Shown piece after piece: positions 1-6,797 of a stretch of DNA of 10,627 nucleotides. Position 1 is the first letter of the stretch; each line of letters starts with the position of its first letter. The notes beneath the pieces were generated by a model, which ran no database searches, was not told the origin of the DNA, and saw only the letters and a list, made by a program, of their open reading frames with translations. The stretch is from Candidatus Iainarchaeum sp. (GTDB lineage Archaea > Iainarchaeota > Iainarchaeia > Iainarchaeales > CSSED10-239), in NCBI GenBank assembly GCA_028700115.1, contig JAQVTI010000019.1, positions 1 to 10,627 of the forward strand, given 5' to 3'. A program made the position numbers and the translations under genes.

Positions 1-1054
1 CATTAATATATTCATTTAAAAAACAAACTAGCTTTGGATGTAAACTTGATTCAATTTCATCAATTACTAAAATTCCCCCTGCATTTATATGATGAACTAT
101 AGCTGCAGCTTTTTCAATAAATTCAATGGTGCCTTCTGATTCGTCTTCAAACAAATTAAATCTTTTGAATTTTAATTCATTATTCTTATCAAGATATTCA
201 TGAATTGAATAAAACTCATAATTTTCTTCTGATAATGCTTTTTCTCTTATGCTATTAGCTTTATCTATTCCTTCTTTTTCTTCTACATATTTTATAAAAT
301 AATCAAAGAAATCATTTTTGGTTATTGGATTTCCATTGTCTTTTTTATCAATTACAATATCTTTTATCTTAATTCCCACATTTTGTAACTTCGAAACTAT
401 ATCGGTCTTAAATTCCGGATTATTAATCATTATTTTTGGTAATAATATCTCATTTTCTCTCAAATTACTAATAAAACTCAATTTTTCAGCAATAAAAAAA
501 TATAGTGCCTTACATGCTTCGAAACCCCAATCTGCAGCAACTGACAAATACAATTTATTTTCATTTGTTCTTTTAGATAAAGTATCTTGTTCTTTTAGAT
601 TTATTCCGAATTTAAATTCTTGTTGATTTCTAAAAAATATTTCTTTTTGTAGACAGTTATCAGTAAGATATAAATATTCTTTATATATTTTATTTTCATC
701 TAATGAAAAGCCGTATTTGTATATTTTATTATCTATAAGAAGACTAATTTCAAATTCTGAAGGTTCATTAATTGTATTTTCATCTAATTTAAATGGTTTA
801 TATTTTAATTTTTTATTTAATTCAAATTTATTACTTGATACAATTAGATAATTTATATAATATAATGCTTCAATTAGATTAGATTTCCCTGAAGAATTAG
901 GACCACTAATTAAAATGGATTTAAGAATTTTAGGGTGTTTTTTATTTTTAGTAAAAATTATATTTTTATTTCCTTTATTAATTAATCTACACATAGATAA
1001 ATTTATTTCATTTTTTATAGATTTAAAGTTTTTTATTTTCAATTCTAATAACAT
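1..1054 (-). CDS. P-loop ATPase of the ABC/SMC-like AAA_21/AAA_15 type; the 3' end is cut by the window edge (351 codons visible)
   Basis: This gene is not in the supplied ORF track. I translated the minus strand by hand from ATG at 1054..1052, and it stays open for 351 codons down to position 2 (MLLELKIKNFKSIKNEINL...ILVIDEIESSLHPKLVCFLNEYIN). Motifs: Walker A GPNSSGKSN (878..904), ABC-signature-like SEGT (128..139), and Walker B plus H-loop ILVIDEIESSLHP (35..73). A Shine-Dalgarno GGTGA (1061..1065) sits 6 nt upstream of the ATG. The family call rests on motif recognition only. Confidence 0.8.
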   Translation of the reverse strand, partial: MLLELKIKNFKSIKNEINLSMCRLINKGNKNIIFTKNKKHPKILKSILISGPNSSGKSNLIEALYYINYLIVSSNKFELNKKLKYKPFKLDENTINEPSEFEISLLIDNKIYKYGFSLDENKIYKEYLYLTDNCLQKEIFFRNQQEFKFGINLKEQDTLSKRTNENKLYLSVAADWGFEACKALYFFIAEKLSFISNLRENEILLPKIMINNPEFKTDIVSKLQNVGIKIKDIVIDKKDNGNPITKNDFFDYFIKYVEEKEGIDKANSIREKALSEENYEFYSIHEYLDKNNELKFKRFNLFEDESEGTIEFIEKAAAIVHHINAGGILVIDEIESSLHPKLVCFLNEYIN

Positions 1055-1270
1055 TATCACTCACCTTTTACATATATATTATTGAGGAGTAATGTTTATA
1101 AATAGTTTATTTTAACTGTTTTTTAGATTTTGTGTGAAAATAAACAAAAAATAACCATTAAACGCTGTAAAATACACGAAAAAAACAAAATTTGCGTTTT
1201 TGTGAGTCATTTTAGTTATGTATAAAAGAGCGAAGGATTTTATAAAAAACAGAAAAATGTAATCTAATCA

Positions 1271-1286
1271 TGTTCTAATTAGAACA
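1271..1286. repeat. 16-bp perfect palindrome TGTTCTAATTAGAACA in the intergenic region between the operon end and the ATPase gene start
   Basis: Read directly: the reverse complement of 1271..1286 is identical to the forward sequence. It lies 120 nt downstream of the operon stop (1406) and about 215 nt upstream of the ATPase start (1054). Function is unknown; it could be an operator, or chance in AT-rich DNA. Confidence 0.5.
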
Positions 1287-1405
1287 CCATATTTTGAAAT
1301 ATTTTTTGTACATCTTCAACTTTTTTTCTCAAAAATCTCAATTTCACAAAATTTAAAGGATTAAAAATTCGTTAAAGTAACACACTATAAAATTTAATAT
1401 ATATC

Positions 1406-2047
1406 TTACTTACTATTTAACCAATCACCAATTAATTTATCATATTTTGCGATTATTGGCTTTGATTCAGCAATTGGAATATTATAAGTTTCTCTTAACC
1501 AATAAACTAGTGGTTGTGGAATATAATTTACTTCTTCGTTATTATTTTCATCATCTTCAGAAAAAATAATCTGTAAATTAGTATTAATCATTTCTTCAGC
1601 AACTTCTAAATCCTCATATAATTCTTTAAATTTATCGGGATTTATTTTTGATTTATCTACAACTAATAATAAAACTGCACAAGGATAATTATCAAAAAAA
1701 GCATTTATCTGTTTATCTTTTACCCCTGTATTATCTTCAAAAATACCCGTTCTTCTATATTTAACTTCTAACAATTCGGGTTCAAAATTATTTTTAACTA
1801 TTAAAAAATCAGGCATTCTTCTTACAAAATCGAAAGAATTTTCAAACTTTGGATCTGAATATTTTAATTTAAAGTTTCCCCCGCACCGTTTTATAAAATT
1901 TTGTAATTGAGTAATTGGCTCTACCTGATGTTCTTGCCCATATTTCATTACAAAAAAACCTAGTTCTTTAAATAACTCATCAGCAATACATTCTGCAATT
2001 CTGCCTTTGATTGTTGCATTTATATCTCTTTCGACTGATTCAATCAT
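1406..2047 (-). CDS. Small (213 aa) predicted PD-(D/E)xK restriction-endonuclease-fold protein; last gene of the operon
   Basis: ORF track, 213 aa. The N-terminal half follows the Hjc/YraN-like pattern: helix KGRIAECIADELFKELGFFV (E19), then RRMPDFLIV (P79-D80, nt 1808..1813), then ELLEVKYRR (E94-x-K96, nt 1760..1768). The C-terminal half is acidic (SEDDENNNEE). The start ATG overlaps the methyltransferase stop (ATGA, 2044..2047). An SD GAGGG (2054..2058) lies 6 nt upstream. The fold call rests on the motif pattern only. Confidence 0.6.
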   Translation of the reverse strand: MIESVERDINATIKGRIAECIADELFKELGFFVMKYGQEHQVEPITQLQNFIKRCGGNFKLKYSDPKFENSFDFVRRMPDFLIVKNNFEPELLEVKYRRTGIFEDNTGVKDKQINAFFDNYPCAVLLLVVDKSKINPDKFKELYEDLEVAEEMINTNLQIIFSEDDENNNEEVNYIPQPLVYWLRETYNIPIAESKPIIAKYDKLIGDWLNSK

Positions 2048-5000
2048 TTTATGCCCTCTTCAACAATCTTAATCTCTTCAGGAGTTAATTCATATAACTT
2101 ATAAACCAATTGATCAATCTCTTTTTCTAACCTCTTAACTTTAGCTTGTTTATCTAGATTTTTCAGATAATCTTCATCTTTAGTAATTAACAAAATTTGA
2201 TCAACTAATTGAATGAACGGTTTTTGCTTTTCAGGAGATATTTGTTTGATTGGAATTTCTTTGACACTAGGAATATCAAAACCTAAATAACCTCCTGAAA
2301 GATGTTTACTCTCGAATTTAGTATAATACCAATAACTCATTAAAGATGAATTCAAAATGCTAATTAAAAACTTAGAATTTATTAAAAAATCAGTTAAAAT
2401 ATTTACTTTACCACCATAGTATTCTTGAGGAACTAATGTGCACCTTATTTTTTTAGTCATTCTAGCAAAGAATATTTTTTCCTTTTTGAAATTATTCTGC
2501 ACATTAATCGGAAAAATTTCTTTTGGAATGTAACTATTTAAATCCTTTAAAACATATTTTAAAATATTAGATGATTGTATTACTAAATTATATTCTTCTT
2601 TTTTTGTTTCAGAGAGACTAAAAAATTCTTTTTCTTTTATTATTTTTTTTCCAAAACCTCCTGCTGAAGTGCCACAAAAGATATTACAAAAATCAATTAA
2701 TTTAGTACTAATTGCAGAAACTTTACTAATTATTTTATTTTCTTCAGTTACTGGAATTCTATAATTATCTTCTTTTACCGATTTTTGTTCAATCAAGAAA
2801 CCGCTCTTTGTTAATTTATTTAAATTATCACATCTTACTATTTCAATATTATTATCAATATTATTTTTTATAAATAAATTTATACAAGTATATGTTGAAG
2901 CTTCTGCAAAGACTTTAATATGTGATACATCAACAATTCTTTTTATAATATAATTTTCAACCAATAATTTTCTTATTCCCAACCCTGAATCTGCAGATAA
3001 GTATTGATACGGATTAATATAAGCTAAGATAGAGTTTTTACGAAGAACAGACATACCCAATTCTATAAAATATACATAAATACTACCTGTTTTTGTAGTG
3101 TTATATATCTCAAAATTATTTAATCCTGTTCTTGTAGTTTCATCAATTTTTCTATAATCTATATAAGGTGGATTTCCAATCACAACATCAAATCCAGGAT
3201 TTTCTCTTTGAAAGACTTCTGCAAAATATAATTTCCATAAAAAGAATGGTTTGCTTTTGCTTTTCATAATTGAATCAAGTTTTTTTATAGCTTCGTCATT
3301 TCCTTGCTGTTTAAGTGTTGCTTCAATTAATTCCCATTCTAATTCTTCAATTTCTTTTTTTAATTGTTTTTTAGTATCTCTATCAAATGAATTAAAAAAT
3401 TCTTTTTGTTTGGCTTTCAGTTTATTTAATTTTATTTTTGCTTCGTCTCTTGTTACTTTATCAAAATTAGTTAAAGTCAAGTTTGTATTTTTAATCTCTG
3501 GTTTTGCGGTTAATTTATTCTTTTCTCGTTCTAATTTCTTAATGGATTTCTTTAATTCTTCTTTATTGGCTTTTGATTTTCCAGTCTCTATTTGCCCAAT
3601 TTGTAAGTATAACGAATTGATCTCCTTATCAATTCTATCAAGTTCTGGTTTAATATCTTTAATTTCTTCTCCAAGAAGTAAATCATCAAATAATTTCATC
3701 CCTTCAAATTCTTCTAACAAACTATTTCCACACATAATTTTATTGTCTAAATTAGGAAGTGGTTTTATTTTCTTTCTATCAACTTCATCAACCACCAAAG
3801 AAAGCCAAAATCTTAATTGACAAATATCTACTGCAGATGGCATAATATCTACACCATAAAGAGAATTTTCTATACATTCTCTTTTTATTTCAGAAATATC
3901 TCTATCTGTTTCAAAATAAACGGATAATATAGAACGAGCCTTCACAATCTCATTCATCATTCCAACAGGAAATGCACCTGAACCAACAGCGGGATCAACC
4001 ACCTTAATTGTTCTCAACAATTCATCAACAAGTTGATAATTTTCTTCAATTGATTTAGGAATTACATATTCTGAATCAACACCATAGACTTTCCCATGAT
4101 ATTTTTTCTTATGTTCTTGTGCTTTAATTGTTTGGTCTAAGTATTTATCTCCTTCTTGAATAAACTTTTCAATATCTGTTCTAGGAATTGAAGAATTTGT
4201 CTCTAAATAATTTATCAAAGATTGCTGACACATGTAATGAACTATCTCTCTAGGAGTATAAAATGCACCAATTGATCTTCTATCGGTCACTTCTAATAAA
4301 TTCTCAAATACTTTACCAAGCATTTCAGGGTCTACTGCAACTTCTTTTTCTAAAGGTTCATCTTCTTTTACTGTGAAATTAAATTCATCAAAAGTTCTAA
4401 AAATATCTTCAAATATAGAATTTTCAATGTAAATATTAGTATTCATCCAATCATAACCATCAAGCGGCTCAAATAATCCACCATTTAAGAACGGAATTTT
4501 GCAATCAAACTTATCTGAAAAATCATCATTTCTTTTTATTGCAAGAGTATTATAAAATAATGGTTCTAAAACATCATTAAAAAAATTATTATAAGAACAA
4601 TATTCTCTATTAAATAATCTTTTCATAAAATCTTTTGGGCCGGTTCCCCAATCTCTAAATTTTCCTAAATCATCTTTTTTTACACCAAGCCAACCTTTTT
4701 TTTGTAAGAAATATAAGAAAACTATCTGCCCTAGTAGCTTCTTTGAAAATTCCACAACATACTTTTCAAGATTTTCTTCTCCTGCAACATTAACAAACTC
4801 TGTTTTAACCACTGCATTATTTTTAATGACTTTCTCCAAAGATTCTTTTAAATCCAAAAATCTCTTTTTATACTCTTCAAAAAATTCTTTAGTGACTTTT
4901 TCAATTCCAAAAGATTTTTCAATTTCTTCAAATAAAGGATCGTGGTCGCTAGATAATAAATCTACGAATTGTTTTTTACAAGTGTGATTTGGTTCGTTCG

Positions 5001-5466
5001 GACCTACAAGATAAGAATATCTTTTTGCAGGAGTCAGCTCTTTTTTTGCTTTAAGATTGCCTTTATCATCCTTAATTAGATTATATTCTAATTTTACAAA
5101 TGAAAATCGCCAGTCTTTTTCATCATCATAAAATGCGACAATTGCCCCCTCTGGTTCATCGGAATTTTTTACAAGCCATTTAGCAATGAAATTTCTTTGC
5201 ATAGTTCTTGCTCTTTCAAGAGAAGAATGTTTTGCAAGCTTTATAGCAAGAAATTCCATAGATTTTCCTGCTTTATCTTTATATTGTCCTAATTTTTCAA
5301 CCTTTAATATATAATCTCTAAATTCTCCCTCTACAAATTTGGTTTTATCTTGAATATTAAGATCTGAATTCTTTACTAACTCTTTTAAAAAGTTTAAAAA
5401 CTTTAAAATATCAAATTCAGAATTAAATGTTTCATCTAATAACCATTTTGCTTGTTGTTCGTTCAT
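2044..5466 (-). CDS. Large Eco57I/PglX-like gamma-class N6-adenine DNA methyltransferase with a C-terminal TaqI_C-like target-recognition domain
   Basis: ORF track, 1140 aa. Motifs: helical N-terminal region with LLGQIVFLYFLQKKGWLG and IPFLNGGLFEP; motif X GAFYTPREIV; SAM-binding motif I VVDPAVGSGAFP (3967..4002); YGVDIMPSAVDICQLRFWLSL; catalytic motif IV GNPPY (NPPY at 3163..3174). The C-terminal specificity region includes HLSGGYLGFDIPSVKEIPI and ends with IDQLVYKLYELTPEEIKIVEE, a tail typical of this family. I see no convincing PD-ExK or HNH motif in this protein. Confidence 0.85.
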   Translation of the reverse strand: MNEQQAKWLLDETFNSEFDILKFLNFLKELVKNSDLNIQDKTKFVEGEFRDYILKVEKLGQYKDKAGKSMEFLAIKLAKHSSLERARTMQRNFIAKWLVKNSDEPEGAIVAFYDDEKDWRFSFVKLEYNLIKDDKGNLKAKKELTPAKRYSYLVGPNEPNHTCKKQFVDLLSSDHDPLFEEIEKSFGIEKVTKEFFEEYKKRFLDLKESLEKVIKNNAVVKTEFVNVAGEENLEKYVVEFSKKLLGQIVFLYFLQKKGWLGVKKDDLGKFRDWGTGPKDFMKRLFNREYCSYNNFFNDVLEPLFYNTLAIKRNDDFSDKFDCKIPFLNGGLFEPLDGYDWMNTNIYIENSIFEDIFRTFDEFNFTVKEDEPLEKEVAVDPEMLGKVFENLLEVTDRRSIGAFYTPREIVHYMCQQSLINYLETNSSIPRTDIEKFIQEGDKYLDQTIKAQEHKKKYHGKVYGVDSEYVIPKSIEENYQLVDELLRTIKVVDPAVGSGAFPVGMMNEIVKARSILSVYFETDRDISEIKRECIENSLYGVDIMPSAVDICQLRFWLSLVVDEVDRKKIKPLPNLDNKIMCGNSLLEEFEGMKLFDDLLLGEEIKDIKPELDRIDKEINSLYLQIGQIETGKSKANKEELKKSIKKLEREKNKLTAKPEIKNTNLTLTNFDKVTRDEAKIKLNKLKAKQKEFFNSFDRDTKKQLKKEIEELEWELIEATLKQQGNDEAIKKLDSIMKSKSKPFFLWKLYFAEVFQRENPGFDVVIGNPPYIDYRKIDETTRTGLNNFEIYNTTKTGSIYVYFIELGMSVLRKNSILAYINPYQYLSADSGLGIRKLLVENYIIKRIVDVSHIKVFAEASTYTCINLFIKNNIDNNIEIVRCDNLNKLTKSGFLIEQKSVKEDNYRIPVTEENKIISKVSAISTKLIDFCNIFCGTSAGGFGKKIIKEKEFFSLSETKKEEYNLVIQSSNILKYVLKDLNSYIPKEIFPINVQNNFKKEKIFFARMTKKIRCTLVPQEYYGGKVNILTDFLINSKFLISILNSSLMSYWYYTKFESKHLSGGYLGFDIPSVKEIPIKQISPEKQKPFIQLVDQILLITKDEDYLKNLDKQAKVKRLEKEIDQLVYKLYELTPEEIKIVEEGIK

Positions 5467-6797
5467 TTTAACTCATACCACACATTATTTCCAGCACCTT
5501 TTTTAACTATCCTATTATTTTCAATTAAATAATTTAAGTCTCTTGATGCTATTTCTCTACTAATATTAAATTTAGATTGTATTAATTTACTCTTTATTTT
5601 TTTATTTTCTTCTAAATAAGAAATTATCCAATTTTGTCTTATTAACGGATTTGTGTCAACATTTGTGTCAACATTTGTGTCAACATTAACATTTGATTTA
5701 CTTCTATAGAAAATAACGCTAAAACCATATTCTAAAACTTCAAACTCAACTTTGACACCTTGAGAAGCACACTCTTCATATATCCTACGAAGCCCCGAAC
5801 CCCATTTCTCAACATCTTCACTTAAAAAAAGAATATTTGCAATTAAAGGATTACGCAAAATAGAAGGCAAGTCTTTTTTTACAAAATCAATGGGTTTATA
5901 TCCTTCGGGAAAATTACCAGGATTCCAAATTTCAACCCTGTCTTTATAAATTGCAATCTTATTACTTTCAGGAGCAGTATAATCTCTATGACAAAAAGAA
6001 TTAACCAATGCTTCTTTTAATGCACGAATAGGAATTTCTGGAATTTCTATTCTTTTACTTCCAGATAGATCTGCTCTCCAATTTATACGCTCTTTAATAT
6101 ATGATTCACAACTTTCAAGCAATTCTACAATATTTCCTTCATATTGTTTTATATCTAAAAAAGTCATTTTTGTGGTTCCTGCAAAAACGGCTAATTGAAC
6201 TTCAACAGGTTTATTTTTTGAAAATAATACAACAGACGCATTAGTTAAAGAATTATTTTTAATTAAATTTAACTTTTCTAAAATTTCTTTTACTGATGTA
6301 AATTTATAATTTATTCTTTTAGATGTATTTGCTTTATCCAAATAATTCTTCAATGTTCTTTCAGAAATAGACTTAATTTTTTCAATAGCTTCAAAAGAAT
6401 CCCATTTTAATTGACTTTTTTGCTGTATTCGTTTTTCAATTTCTTTAGCAGACATAATTTTATCTTCATCTGCAATCCTAATATATGCTCTTCCAAAAGC
6501 ATAATATATCGGTTCATTACCTATAAATTTTACAACAATACAATCTTTATTATTTATTTTTGCTTTTTTAATTTCAGGATAAATTTTTGGTTCAATTGAA
6601 TTAGCTATTTTTTGAGAAATATCTCGTAATGTTTTTTCAGACACATCTTGACCTAAAACCTCGCCTTTAGGACTAATCCCAAAAATTAATTCTCCAGAAC
6701 TATGTTTGTTCAAAATTGAAACTATTGAATTAATTGCTTCATTCAATTCAGATGTTGATCTCTTCAATTCTAAAATTTCTGATTCAACATATTTCAT
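5463..6797 (-). CDS. COG2865-type protein: N-terminal AlbA_2 (Schlafen-like, divergent AAA) domain, RecG-C-like HATPase_c_4 domain, C-terminal winged HTH
   Basis: ORF track, 444 aa. The N-terminus YVESEILELKRSTSELNE...GELIFGISPKGEVLG is the hallmark opening of AlbA_2 domains. IRALKEALVNSFCHRDY...IEIWNPG...LRNPLIANILF...VEKWGSGLRRIY matches the HATPase_c_4 pattern. The C-terminus IISYLEENKKIKSKLIQSKFNISREIASRDLNYLIENNRIVKKGAGNNVWYELK looks like a wHTH. SD GGAGA (6808..6812) lies 10 nt upstream. There are ATGA overlaps at both ends. Confidence 0.8.
   Translation of the reverse strand: MKYVESEILELKRSTSELNEAINSIVSILNKHSSGELIFGISPKGEVLGQDVSEKTLRDISQKIANSIEPKIYPEIKKAKINNKDCIVVKFIGNEPIYYAFGRAYIRIADEDKIMSAKEIEKRIQQKSQLKWDSFEAIEKIKSISERTLKNYLDKANTSKRINYKFTSVKEILEKLNLIKNNSLTNASVVLFSKNKPVEVQLAVFAGTTKMTFLDIKQYEGNIVELLESCESYIKERINWRADLSGSKRIEIPEIPIRALKEALVNSFCHRDYTAPESNKIAIYKDRVEIWNPGNFPEGYKPIDFVKKDLPSILRNPLIANILFLSEDVEKWGSGLRRIYEECASQGVKVEFEVLEYGFSVIFYRSKSNVNVDTNVDTNVDTNPLIRQNWIISYLEENKKIKSKLIQSKFNISREIASRDLNYLIENNRIVKKGAGNNVWYELK
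5651..5686. repeat. Perfect 12-bp tandem repeat (TTGTGTCAACAT)x3 inside the COG2865-type gene, encoding (NVDT)3
   Basis: Read directly: the units are 5651..5662, 5663..5674 and 5675..5686. Partial repeat-like flanks extend it to about 5649..5692. It is in frame and encodes SNVNVDTNVDTNVDTNP, the linker between the HATPase_c_4-like domain and the wHTH. Confidence 0.9.

Noticed and set aside
318-626. 102-aa plus-strand ORF from the track
   Set aside because: It lies antisense to the ATPase gene, whose minus-strand frame is open for 351 codons with Walker A and B motifs. The plus-strand product is hydrophobic and low-complexity, as expected from a T-rich antisense strand.
1160-1199. Possible hairpin AAACGC...GCGTTT (and the imperfect CACGAAAAA/TTTTTGTG pairing) as an intrinsic terminator
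   Set aside because: The stem is only 6 bp with a loop of about 28 nt, or is AT-rich with a mismatch, and no proper T-tract follows on the relevant (minus) strand. I found no convincing rho-independent terminator after the operon stop at 1406.
1112-1210. 32-codon minus-strand ORF in the intergenic spacer encoding a hydrophobic peptide (MTHKNANFVFFVYFTAFNGYFLFIFTQNLKNS), superficially like a small membrane toxin
   Set aside because: There is no Shine-Dalgarno-like sequence upstream of its ATG. T-rich DNA yields Phe-rich pseudo-hydrophobic peptides by chance. It also overlaps the likely ATPase promoter region. This is not supportable without expression or conservation data.
2643-2650. Homopolymer tracts inside the operon genes (T8 at 2643..2650, 4696..4703, 6973..6980 and 7980..7987) as phase-variation switches for an R-M system
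   Set aside because: Runs of 7-8 A/T are expected at this base composition, mostly encode Lys/Phe codons, and are shorter than typical contingency tracts. No G/C tracts are present, and all frames are intact.
3251-3820. 189-aa plus-strand ORF from the track
   Set aside because: It lies antisense to the methyltransferase's K/E-rich segment. The translation is low-complexity S/F/L/I-rich with no motif and no RBS, and it is fully nested in a gene with strong motif support. It is a shadow ORF.
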